Below the pieces are notes generated by a model. That model did not search any database and was not told the origin of the DNA. It was given only the letters and a program-made list of their open reading frames with translations. Both the position numbers and the translations under genes were made by a program. Below, one piece after another: positions 55,318 through 64,000 of a DNA stretch of 64,000 nucleotides; position 1 is the stretch's first letter; the number at the start of each line of letters is the position of its first letter. The stretch comes from Alphaproteobacteria bacterium (GTDB lineage Bacteria > Pseudomonadota > Alphaproteobacteria > Bin95), in the NCBI GenBank assembly GCA_963665325.3, contig OZ224045.1, forward strand, positions 1,440,001 through 1,504,000, given 5' to 3'.

Positions 55318-56907
55318 ATGCAGTTCCGAAAACTTCTGATCGGCTGCGCGTTCGCCAGCTTGGCCGCAGTTCCTGCTTGGGGGCAAGGCGGGATGCTTAC
55401 CGTCGGCCTCAAGGCGGAGCCGTCCTCCATCGATCCGCACTACCACAATCTCGGCCCGAACAACTCTATGGCGGCGCACTATTTCAGCCGCTTGGTGGAG
55501 CAGGACGAGAAGCTTCGGTTGCTGCCAGGCCTTGCCGTGTCGTGGAAGCCGGTCGGCGACACCACCTGGGAATTCAAGCTGCGCGAGGGCGTGAAGTTCC
55601 ATGACGGCTCGGACTTCAATGCGGACGATGTGCTGTTCACTATCGAGCGCGCGCCCAATGTGCCCAACTCTCCGTCCAGCTTCGGCACCTACCTCAAGGG
55701 CAAGACATTCACCAAGGTCGACGACTACACCCTCCATATCAGCACCGAGCGCCCGTATCCGCTGATGCCGGTCGATATGGCGGCGGTGCCGATTATCTCT
55801 TCCGATGTGGGCGCCGAAGTCACCACGGCGGACTTTAACTCCGGCAAGGCCGCCATCGGGACCGGACCCTACCGCTTCGTCGAATGGGTGCCCGGCGACC
55901 GGCTGGTGATCGAGCGCAACGAGGACTATTTCGATGCGAAGCCGGAATGGGAAAAGATCGTCTTCAAGCCGATCAAGTCCGGCCCGGCGCGCGTCGCCGC
56001 GCTGCTCGCGGGCGATGTGGACTTCATCGACAATGTGCCGCCCATCGATATTCCGCGCCTGAAAGGCGACGAGAACGTGCAGGTCAGCCAGGGCGTTTCC
56101 AGCCGGGTGATCTACCTGCACATGGACCAGTACCGGGAGAATTCGCCCTTCGTGAAGGCGAATGGCGGCGGCGACATCAAGAACCCGCTTCTGGACGTGC
56201 GCGTCCGCAAGGCGATCTCCAAGGCTCTCAACCGCGACGCCATCGTGGACCGTGTCATGGAAGGCGTGGCCATCAAGGCCGGACAATTGCTGCCGGAGGG
56301 CTTCTTCGGCGTCACGCCCAACCTGAAACCCGAGCCCTACGACCCCGAAGGCGCCAAGGCGCTGCTGGCCGAGGCCGGCTATCCGGACGGCTTCGAGCTC
56401 ACAATCCACGGGCCCAACGACCGCTATATCAACGATGCCAAGATCTGCGAGGCGGTCGCCCAAATGCTGACCCGCATCGGCATCAAGACGGCGGTCGAGA
56501 CCATGCCCAAGGCGGTCTATTTCCGGCGTGCGAGCCGCGGCGGACCGGACAACTCGCCGGAGTTCAGCTTCATCCTCGTCGGCTGGGGCTCGGGCACGGG
56601 CGAGTCGTCATCGCCGCTCCGTTCCCTGATTCACACCTATGACAAGGACCGCGGCTTCGGCGCATCCAACCGGGGCCGGCATTCCGACGCCGAGGTGGAC
56701 ACGCTGATCGAGGACGCGCTCGCCACGGTGGACGACGATGCGCGCCTCAAGCTGCTGCAGGAGGCCACGGAGCTCGCCATCGGGCGCAACCAGGGCATCA
56801 TTCCGACCCACTACCAGGTCAACACCTGGGCCGGGAAGAAGGGCCTGTCCTACACTGCGCGGGCGGATGAGCGGACCATCGCCATGGGCGTGACCTCCGA
56901 CAAGTAA
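55318..56907 (+). CDS. Peptide/nickel ABC transporter substrate-binding protein (family 5)
   Basis: Signal peptide; SIDPH; PGLAVSW; FKLREGVKFHDGS; GTGPY; PNDRYIND. Confidence 0.9.
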   Translation: MQFRKLLIGCAFASLAAVPAWGQGGMLTVGLKAEPSSIDPHYHNLGPNNSMAAHYFSRLVEQDEKLRLLPGLAVSWKPVGDTTWEFKLREGVKFHDGSDFNADDVLFTIERAPNVPNSPSSFGTYLKGKTFTKVDDYTLHISTERPYPLMPVDMAAVPIISSDVGAEVTTADFNSGKAAIGTGPYRFVEWVPGDRLVIERNEDYFDAKPEWEKIVFKPIKSGPARVAALLAGDVDFIDNVPPIDIPRLKGDENVQVSQGVSSRVIYLHMDQYRENSPFVKANGGGDIKNPLLDVRVRKAISKALNRDAIVDRVMEGVAIKAGQLLPEGFFGVTPNLKPEPYDPEGAKALLAEAGYPDGFELTIHGPNDRYINDAKICEAVAQMLTRIGIKTAVETMPKAVYFRRASRGGPDNSPEFSFILVGWGSGTGESSSPLRSLIHTYDKDRGFGASNRGRHSDAEVDTLIEDALATVDDDARLKLLQEATELAIGRNQGIIPTHYQVNTWAGKKGLSYTARADERTIAMGVTSDK

Positions 56908-56968
56908 CGCGGGAAATGCGGGCGGCAGCGCTGCTGCCGTCCGCGCCCTGCGGGAGCGCCGAGGCCCC

Positions 56969-57946
56969 ATGACCGTCTTCATTATCCGGCGGCTGATGCA
57001 GAGTTCAGTCGTCGTTGCGGTGATGTCGCTGCTGGTGTTCGTTGGCGTCAACATCGTCGGCGACCCGGTGGACATGCTCATCAACCCGGAGGCCGACCAG
57101 GCCGAGATCGAGCGCGTGATGCGCGACCTGGGCCTAGACCGCCCGGTGCATGAGCAATACGGTTATTTCGTCGTCAACGCGCTCCAGGGCGACCTCGGCA
57201 AGTCCTTCATCTTCGGCGAGCCGGCGCTGCAGCTGATCGTGCAGCGCATGCCGGCTACCTTCGAGCTCGCGATAGCGGCGCTCCTGATCGCTGTAGTGCT
57301 CGGTATTCCGCTCGGGGTCCTCGCAGGGCTGAGACCCGAGGCGAAGTCGTCCAAGGCGATCATGGCCGGCTCGATCCTCGGCTTCAGCCTGCCCAGCTTC
57401 TGGGTGGGCATCATGATGATCATGCTGTTCGCCGTGATGCTGGGCTGGCTGCCCTCGACAGGACGGGGGGACACCGTGCCCTTCCTCGGCATGCAGGTCA
57501 GCTTCCTTACCTGGGACGGCCTTCAGCATCTGCTGCTGCCGGCTATCAACCTGTCGCTCTTCAAACTCTCGCTCGTTATCCGGCTGGCGCGCGCTGGCAC
57601 GCGCGAAGTCGTCCACCAGGACTACATCAAGTTTGCGCGCGCCAAGGGCCTGCGTGAGAGCCGGGTGGTGCTGGTCCACCTGCTCAAGAACATCATGATC
57701 CCGGTCGTGACCGTGCTCGGCCTCGAGTTCGGTGGGCTGGTGGCCTTCTCGGTGGTGACCGAGACGGTGTTCGCCTGGCCCGGCATGGGCAAGCTCATCA
57801 TCGACTCCCTGCACGAGCTCGACCGGCCCGTGGTGGTCGCATATCTGATGATCGTGGTGCTGATGTTCGTCATCATCAACCTGCTGGTCGATATCGTCTA
57901 TTCGGTCCTCGACCCCCGGGTCCGCCTACAGGACGCCCGCGCATGA
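56969..57946 (+). CDS. Peptide ABC transporter permease (DppB-like)
   Basis: DYIKFARAKGL; ETVFAWPGMG; LDPRV. Confidence 0.9.
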   Translation: MTVFIIRRLMQSSVVVAVMSLLVFVGVNIVGDPVDMLINPEADQAEIERVMRDLGLDRPVHEQYGYFVVNALQGDLGKSFIFGEPALQLIVQRMPATFELAIAALLIAVVLGIPLGVLAGLRPEAKSSKAIMAGSILGFSLPSFWVGIMMIMLFAVMLGWLPSTGRGDTVPFLGMQVSFLTWDGLQHLLLPAINLSLFKLSLVIRLARAGTREVVHQDYIKFARAKGLRESRVVLVHLLKNIMIPVVTVLGLEFGGLVAFSVVTETVFAWPGMGKLIIDSLHELDRPVVVAYLMIVVLMFVIINLLVDIVYSVLDPRVRLQDARA

Positions 57947-58854
57947 CCGTCAGAACCGACAGGCAGGTAGAGGCCGTCGCCGTCGAGACGCCGTTCCGCC
58001 GGTTCGCTTCTGACTTTTTCGAGAGCCGCATCGCAACGGTCGCGCTGGCGGTGTTCGCGGCGATCGCCTTTATCGCGCTCTTCGCGCCCTGGATCGCGCC
58101 GACCGACCCTTACGACCTCGCCCAGGTGAGCGTGCTCGACTCGCACATGCCGCCCGGCACCGAGGCCTTCGACGGGCGCGTCTTCTGGCTCGGCACAGAC
58201 GGCGCCGGGCGCGACCTGGTGAGCGCGATCTGCTACGGGTTGCGCATTAGTCTCGGCGTCGGCGTGATGAGCGGCGTCATCGCCATGGCTATCGGCTGCG
58301 CCGTCGGCCTCGCAGCGGCCTATTTCGGCGGGCGCGTCGATACGCTCATCATGCGTATCGTCGATATCCAGCTGAGTTTTCCGTCGATCCTGGTGGCGCT
58401 CGTGCTGCTGGCGGTGCTCGGCAAGGGGGTGGACAAGATCCTGATCGCACTCGTGACCGTCCAGTGGGCCTATTATGCGCGCACGGTGCGCGCCAGCGCG
58501 CTCGTCGAGCGTTCGAAGGAATATATCGATGCGGCGACCTGCCTGGCGCTCAGCCATCGGCGCATCCTGTTCCGCCACCTGCTGCCGAACTGTATGCCGC
58601 CCCTGATCGTGGTGGTCACGGTCCAGACGGCCCATGCCATCTCGCTGGAGGCAACGCTCAGCTTCCTCGGCATTGGCCTGCCGATCACCGAGCCCTCCCT
58701 CGGCCTGCTGATCGCCAACGGCTTCGAATACATGCTGAGCATGAAATACTGGATCAGCGTCTATCCCGGCGTCGCACTGCTCGTCACCATCGTGTCGATC
58801 AACCTGGTAGGCGACCAGTTGAGGGATATCCTGAACCCGCGATTGCAGAAATAG
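57943..58854 (+). CDS. Peptide ABC transporter permease (DppC-like)
   Basis: LGTDGAGRD; EATLSFLGIG; GDQLRD. Confidence 0.9.
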   Translation: MTVRTDRQVEAVAVETPFRRFASDFFESRIATVALAVFAAIAFIALFAPWIAPTDPYDLAQVSVLDSHMPPGTEAFDGRVFWLGTDGAGRDLVSAICYGLRISLGVGVMSGVIAMAIGCAVGLAAAYFGGRVDTLIMRIVDIQLSFPSILVALVLLAVLGKGVDKILIALVTVQWAYYARTVRASALVERSKEYIDAATCLALSHRRILFRHLLPNCMPPLIVVVTVQTAHAISLEATLSFLGIGLPITEPSLGLLIANGFEYMLSMKYWISVYPGVALLVTIVSINLVGDQLRDILNPRLQK

Positions 58855-58858
58855 CCCG

Positions 58859-59842
58859 GTGGCGTCGGCGCACGCGACCTTGGCCGTAGAGGGCCTGAAG
58901 ACGCATTTCTTCACCAAGGCCGGCATCGTCAAAGCCGTGGACGGGGTGAGTTTCGAGGTCGGGCGCGGCGAGATCATGGGGTTGGTCGGAGAATCCGGGT
59001 CCGGCAAGTCGGTCACCGGCTTCTCGATTATCGGCCTGGTGGACCCACCGGGCCGGGTGGTGGAGGGAAGCATCCTCCACAATGGCGAGAACCTTGTCGG
59101 GCTGGACGACGAGCGGATGCGCAACCTGCGCGGCAACCGCATCGCGATGATCTTCCAGGATCCGATGATGACCCTGAACCCGGTGCTGCGCATCGAGACG
59201 CAGATGGTCGAGGCGGTGCTCGCCCATAGCGCAGTCTCGAAGGGGGAAGCGCGGGGCATGGCGCGCGACACGCTCGGTCAGGTGGGCATCCCCTCGCCGG
59301 ACGAGCGCCTCCGGGCCTATCCGCACCAGTTTTCCGGCGGCATGCGTCAGCGCGTTGCCATCGCCATCGCACTGCTGAACAAGCCGGACCTCATCATTGC
59401 CGACGAGCCGACGACGGCGCTCGACGTCACCATCCAGGGGCAGATCCTTTACGAGGCGCAAAAGCTCTGTCGCGAGACGGGTACGGCGATGATTTGGATC
59501 ACCCACGACCTCGCGGTGGTCGCCGGCATCGCGGACCGCATCTCGGTCATGTATGCCGGGCGCGTCGTCGAGCAGGGCGAGACCGGCGATATCATCGACC
59601 GGCCGGCGCATCCCTATACCCGCGGATTGATCGGCTCCGTGCCCAGCCGCAACACGCGCGGCGGCAGGCTGTTCCAGATTCCCGGCATGACGCCCTCGCT
59701 GCTGAACCTGGCACCCGGCTGCGCCTTCCGGGAGCGCTGCCCGGCGGCCGATGGCGCCTGCATCGTCGAACCCGAGACCTCGCACCCGCTGCCCGGTCGC
59801 GAACTGCGCTGCCACCACCCGCAATTGGAGGCGATCCCTTGA
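58859..59842 (+). CDS. Peptide ABC transporter ATP-binding protein (DppD-like)
   Basis: [35 protein letters not shown]. Confidence 0.9.
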   Translation: MASAHATLAVEGLKTHFFTKAGIVKAVDGVSFEVGRGEIMGLVGESGSGKSVTGFSIIGLVDPPGRVVEGSILHNGENLVGLDDERMRNLRGNRIAMIFQDPMMTLNPVLRIETQMVEAVLAHSAVSKGEARGMARDTLGQVGIPSPDERLRAYPHQFSGGMRQRVAIAIALLNKPDLIIADEPTTALDVTIQGQILYEAQKLCRETGTAMIWITHDLAVVAGIADRISVMYAGRVVEQGETGDIIDRPAHPYTRGLIGSVPSRNTRGGRLFQIPGMTPSLLNLAPGCAFRERCPAADGACIVEPETSHPLPGRELRCHHPQLEAIP

Positions 59843-60822
59843 TCGAGGCGCGCGGCATCAGCAAGCGTTTCGTGAAGGCGCCGGACCTGGCGGCGCGGCT
59901 CGCCGGCCGGCTCGGCGCCGAGGTGCACGAGGAAACCGTGCACGCGCTGGACGGCGTGACGATCTCGGTCGAGCGCGGTGAGGTCGTCGGGCTGGTCGGC
60001 GAGTCCGGCTGCGGAAAGTCCACCTTCGGGCGGATCGTCGCCGGCATCATGGAGCCGACCGAGGGCACTGTCTTCTACCGGGGCCGGGACCTGACGACGC
60101 TGCAGGGACGCGAAGCGCGCGAGGCCGCGCTCCAGGTGCAGATGATCTTCCAGGACCCGTTCGCTTCCTTGAACCCCCGGATGCGGGTCGAGGACATCGT
60201 GGGCGAGGCGCCTTTGCTACACGGCATCGTCTCGAAGGGCGAGCGCAGCGACTATATCGACGTCACCATGCGCCGCGTCGGCCTCGATCCGTCCTTCAAG
60301 CGGCGCTATCCGCACCAGTTCTCGGGCGGCCAGCGCCAGCGTATCGGCATTGCCCGAGCGCTGGCGGTGAATCCGGAATTCCTGGTCTGCGACGAGGCCG
60401 TGGCCGCGCTCGACGTCTCGATACAGGCGCAGGTGCTCAACCTCTTCATGGACCTGCGCCGGGACCTGGATCTGACCTACCTGTTCATCAGCCACGATCT
60501 GAGCGTGGTGGAGCATATCTCCGACCGGGTGGTCATCATGTATCTCGGCCGCGTGGTCGAGTCGGCGCCGGCCGGGCCGCTGTTCGACGAGCCCAACCAC
60601 CCCTATACGAAGGCGCTGCTGGCCGGCGCGCCGACGCTGGATGCCCGCCGGCGCATCTACGAGCCGGTCAAGGGCGAGATTCCCTCGCCGCTCGACCCGC
60701 CGTCGGGCTGCCATTTCCATCCGCGTTGTCCCCATGCCGCGAAGCGCTGCCGCGAGGAGACACCGGCGCTGCGGGAGATTGCACCCGGCCGGCATTCGGC
60801 CTGCCATCTGAACGACGGCTGA
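59839..60822 (+). CDS. Peptide ABC transporter ATP-binding protein (DppF-like)
   Basis: GESGCGKS, FQDPFASLNP, FSGGQRQR, GCHFHPRC; TTG start overlapping the previous stop. Confidence 0.9.
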   Translation: MIEARGISKRFVKAPDLAARLAGRLGAEVHEETVHALDGVTISVERGEVVGLVGESGCGKSTFGRIVAGIMEPTEGTVFYRGRDLTTLQGREAREAALQVQMIFQDPFASLNPRMRVEDIVGEAPLLHGIVSKGERSDYIDVTMRRVGLDPSFKRRYPHQFSGGQRQRIGIARALAVNPEFLVCDEAVAALDVSIQAQVLNLFMDLRRDLDLTYLFISHDLSVVEHISDRVVIMYLGRVVESAPAGPLFDEPNHPYTKALLAGAPTLDARRRIYEPVKGEIPSPLDPPSGCHFHPRCPHAAKRCREETPALREIAPGRHSACHLNDG

Positions 60823-60867
60823 GGCGTCAGACGGCGGGGCGGCGCGGGCTGCGGAGAGGGAACGGAG

Positions 60868-61347
60868 ATGAGCACGCGCAAGACGCTTTACCTGGCAAAC
60901 CCTTACGGCTTCTCGGCCCAGCAGAAGCAGGGGCCGCTTCGGGCGCTGGAAGCGGCGCTGGCGGCCGCCGGGGCGGAGGTGTGGGAGCCCTTCTCGCGCA
61001 ACAACCAGATCGACCGCGCGGCGCCCGGCTGGGCGTGGCGCATCGCGCAGGCGGACATGCGCGACGTCCGCGAGGCGGACGGGCTGTTCGCGGTTGTCAA
61101 CGGCTGCCCGCCGGACGAGGGCGTGATGGTGGAACTCGGCATGGCGTTCGCCTGGGACAAGCCCGTCTTCCTCTTCCGCGACGATTTCCGCCGCTGCACC
61201 GACAGCGAGCAATACCCCCTCAATCTCATGGTCTTCGCCGGCCTGCCTGCCAACGGTTGGGAGGACTACTGGTACACGTCGGTTGAGGAAATCGCCAATC
61301 CCGGCAAGGCGTTGATGCGGTGGCTGGCCGAACGCGAGCCGGCATAG
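60868..61347 (+). CDS. Nucleoside 2-deoxyribosyltransferase family protein
   Basis: YLANPYGFS, WEPF, D..DV..AD, PDEGVMVELG.A, NLM. Confidence 0.8.
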   Translation: MSTRKTLYLANPYGFSAQQKQGPLRALEAALAAAGAEVWEPFSRNNQIDRAAPGWAWRIAQADMRDVREADGLFAVVNGCPPDEGVMVELGMAFAWDKPVFLFRDDFRRCTDSEQYPLNLMVFAGLPANGWEDYWYTSVEEIANPGKALMRWLAEREPA

Positions 61348-61494
61348 ACAACAGCGTAAACAGGACGGTTGTTTTGGTCAGGCGGCCAAGTTCGCTACCG
61401 TCGTCGGTATATCGCAGACTTCCTTTCAACTATTCACATGGGATTGTCACGAAACTGTTGTATGTTCTCTTTCCCTCTATAGGACATCTCTGGA

Positions 61495-62421
61495 GTGACC
61501 GTGCAAATGAGACTGATTCATCCAATCTACCTTGATATACCCATGCTAGTGTCGTTTCCGGCGGCCTTTGAAGGAGGACTGTCATTCGGCACCGAAGTGA
61601 CTAGAGAGGAATCCAGTTCTTCGGCGGTTGCATTGGATGGTGGAGCGAAGTTTGGCTTGAGTCGATTGTTTGGCCAGTTTCTCGATGCGTCGGCCTCTTT
61701 GGATGTTCATGATACACAAGAGGGTATTGAACGGTCTGTGGAACGCACTTCGAGAGCTCATACAGAGTCTTCGGTTGCGATTCTACTATATGATAAATTG
61801 AGAAACGGTTCTGGTTATATTATCGATTTAGAAACGCTCGACGCTGCGAGGGAAATTGAGCCTGGTGCTTTAGTGGAAATTGCAGGAACTGTGGAGAAAA
61901 ATGCCATAGATGCAATAATTGACTGTATCGACGCGGTAAATATTCTTAGCAAGTTAGGGTCGGAAGACCAGCCTGAAGATTTCGAAAGAACATCTGGAAA
62001 GCGGAGAAATAATTCAGGCAGTTCTAGAAGTAAAAGAAGTAGTAACAATCCTTTGGCCGCTATACGCGATGCGCTTGATCAAGATCGTAAGCGGACACCA
62101 ATATCCAATATCCTTTTGCGTTGCAGTACCCCGAATGAAGTTACAGCTGTCGTTACACTCCGCACAGAGAATCTTCGAGATCTAACCCTTAGCGAGTTGC
62201 ACAAGAATAGCGTTCGTGTTCTTGGAAAGGTAACAAGAGTCATTGATCATGGAGAAAGTATGAGCCCATTTGAGAATTATGGAATGGCACTATTGCACCC
62301 GAGCACGTTGCAGGAAGCTTTTCGCGAACTTGGAAATAATGATGCAGTAGCTTTCGAGTTAAGCGAAGTGCAAGTCCAAGGACCGGCGCTGCAAATATTG
62401 CCACTGATGGTTTTTGTATGA
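61495..62421 (+). CDS. Low-GC hypothetical protein (DUF6414-like); start may be the ATG at 61507
   Basis: IHPIYLDIPMLVSF N-terminus, VLGKVTRV and C-terminal ILPLMVFV; AT-rich codon usage unlike its neighbours. Confidence 0.65.
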   Translation: MTVQMRLIHPIYLDIPMLVSFPAAFEGGLSFGTEVTREESSSSAVALDGGAKFGLSRLFGQFLDASASLDVHDTQEGIERSVERTSRAHTESSVAILLYDKLRNGSGYIIDLETLDAAREIEPGALVEIAGTVEKNAIDAIIDCIDAVNILSKLGSEDQPEDFERTSGKRRNNSGSSRSKRSSNNPLAAIRDALDQDRKRTPISNILLRCSTPNEVTAVVTLRTENLRDLTLSELHKNSVRVLGKVTRVIDHGESMSPFENYGMALLHPSTLQEAFRELGNNDAVAFELSEVQVQGPALQILPLMVFV

Positions 62422-62526
62422 AGGAGCTATAGGGGCATATTGAATGCGTTTCGACATAGTTTCCTAGAGTCCCGTTGACGATAGTAGAAAATGTTATGAA
62501 GTTGGGGTTAATCTGCTGGCGGGCCC

Positions 62527-63006
62527 TCACCCCTCCAGGTCGCCGTGGATGGCGAATTGTTCGAGGCCGGCGTCCTGGGGTTTGATGGAGCGGAAGCTTT
62601 CGCGCACTCCGGACTCGGTGAGTTCTCGGGCGACCGTCAGCAGCGTGTTGGTGTCGTGGTCCTCGCAGAGCTCGGACATCTGCGTCAGTTCCTCCTGCGC
62701 GACGGGCAACGCCGCCTCGACCGAGGGCGCCCCGTAAATCTGGACGAAATGCTCGGAGAGCCGCGCGGCCAGCGCCTCGAACTCCTCTTCCCGGATCGGG
62801 GTGACGGCGACGAAGGTGACGCGCCCGAAGGTCTCGACGCCGAGCCAGCCGTTGGCGAAGGCCTGGCGCGCCTTGCCCGCGAGGTCCGCCTCGGTCCAGT
62901 TGGAGAACTCGAAGCCGCCCGGAATGCACCACTCGCCCGTGCGCGCCGGGCTGTGGAAGATTCGCATGTCGCTCTCGTCGAAATGAATGGCGCGCGCGAG
63001 GTTCAT
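62527..63006 (-). CDS. DUF6505-like protein
   Basis: LARAIHFDESD..IF..PARTGEWCIPGGFEF, RQAFANGWLG, YGAP. Confidence 0.7.
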   Translation of the reverse strand: MNLARAIHFDESDMRIFHSPARTGEWCIPGGFEFSNWTEADLAGKARQAFANGWLGVETFGRVTFVAVTPIREEEFEALAARLSEHFVQIYGAPSVEAALPVAQEELTQMSELCEDHDTNTLLTVARELTESGVRESFRSIKPQDAGLEQFAIHGDLEG

Positions 63007-63719
63007 TGCGGTCCCCCTCGTTCCAGCAGGCCGGAGAGCGGCAGCAGGCTCGTCGTGTTCCCTTCGCGCAGCAGCATGCCGAAGCGCTCGTCTATGCCGA
63101 CGAAGAGGCCCGCCCGCCCGCCGACGGTGGCTTCCTCTCCGATGCCGTGGGCGAGGCCGCGCCATTCCCCGTGCAGCGGCGCGGCTCCGTCGTCGGACCA
63201 GCGATTGATCCAGACCAGCGTGTGGCGCGACCAGCTTTCGAGCAGCGCGTCGGGCGCCACCTCGACGCAGCCCTCCTCATAGAGCGAGGTCCGGTCCGGC
63301 GCGGCGCCGGGCGCATCTGCGTCCTCGGCGATAAGCGGCACTTCGAGGCCGACGACCAGCCAGTCCGGCACCTCCTCCGGCCCGCAGTCGGCGGCGGCGG
63401 CGCGGAGCCGCCCGCAGGATGCGCCATTCACAAGGATGCCGCCCTCCCAGGTGAGATGCACGGCCACCTCCGGCGGCGCCAGCGCGCCGAGCGCATTCTG
63501 GAACCCGACCCCGCAGGCGGGCAGCATCGCCATCGCGTCCTCCAGCACCACTTCCGGCGCGAACACGATGGCGGCCGCCAGCCCGTCGGCGCGGATATTG
63601 TAGATGACGGTCCCGCCGTCGCAGCCTAGCGCCGCGAGCGCGCAGGCCTTGGCGAAGGGGTCCGTGCGGCCCTCGACCGCCTGGCCCCTGAACAGCGGCG
63701 GGAAGACCGGATCGCTCAT
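63003..63719 (-). CDS. Biotin/lipoate ligase-like protein (DUF4444-type C-terminus)
   Basis: FPPLF, DPFAKA, AIVFAPEV, LAPPEVAV, ILVNGA.CG, PDWLVVG, TSLYEEG, SWSRH, GIDERFGMLL. Confidence 0.75.
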   Translation of the reverse strand: MSDPVFPPLFRGQAVEGRTDPFAKACALAALGCDGGTVIYNIRADGLAAAIVFAPEVVLEDAMAMLPACGVGFQNALGALAPPEVAVHLTWEGGILVNGASCGRLRAAAADCGPEEVPDWLVVGLEVPLIAEDADAPGAAPDRTSLYEEGCVEVAPDALLESWSRHTLVWINRWSDDGAAPLHGEWRGLAHGIGEEATVGGRAGLFVGIDERFGMLLREGNTTSLLPLSGLLERGGPQ

Positions 63720-64000
63720 CCCGCCCCGGTCTCGATCAGATGCCGTGCTATGCCGCGGAAGGCCATCGCCTCGGGCGAGGTGGGCCGCGATACCACGATG
63801 GGTGCGCCGCCGTCGGAGGCGAGCCGGATGCTGAGCGCCAGCGGAATGTCCGCAAGCAGCGGGATGCCGAGCTTCTCCGCCTCGGCGCGCACCCCGCCAT
63901 GGCCGAACAGGTGCTCCTCGTGCCCGCAATTGGAGCAGATATGCGTGGACATGTTCTCGATCATGCCGAGGATCGGTACCGACATCTTGCGGAACATGTC
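63716..64000 (-). CDS. Mrp/ApbC (NBP35) family Fe-S carrier ATPase, C-terminal part
   Basis: VPILGMIENMSTHICSNCGHEEHLFGHGG, IPL..IR..SDGGAPIV. Confidence 0.9.
   Translation of the reverse strand, partial: DMFRKMSVPILGMIENMSTHICSNCGHEEHLFGHGGVRAEAEKLGIPLLADIPLALSIRLASDGGAPIVVSRPTSPEAMAFRGIARHLIETGAG

Overview
High-GC (visually about two-thirds G+C) alphaproteobacterial chromosome segment; the stand-alone F0 ATP synthase operon, CGTC-type REP palindromes and gene content support this placement. The backbone carries a polyamine ABC transporter with a class III aminotransferase, two peptide/nickel-type ABC operons each linked to an M81 (MlrC-like) peptidase, tRNA-Thr(TGT), AmpG, a TphA-like Rieske dioxygenase cluster, two type II toxin-antitoxin modules, the ligase-associated DNA damage response cluster, a GMC oxidoreductase, atpI-B-E-F'-F, an RND pump and the end of an Mrp/BPL-like/DUF6505 cluster. 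The most striking part is a ~12.3 kb accessory island (36.8-49.1 kb). It holds a LysR gene, an HTH-only LysR, a four-copy array of ~200 bp MITE-like units each carrying a REP doublet, an IS1111-type IS110 element inserted in one REP, a Slam (type XI secretion) gene with a TbpB-like surface lipoprotein, and a REP-bracketed stand-alone IS630-type HTH gene whose leader is interrupted by an IS21 with a 7-bp target duplication. The non-coding end of the IS110 element contains readable guide segments matching its REP target, and six empty copies of that target remain in the island. Separately, the ATP-dependent DNA ligase of the Lhr/exonuclease/PdeM cluster is full length but has lost most of its catalytic motifs, making it an apparent pseudoenzyme. 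All family calls come from motif recognition by eye, not database searches.
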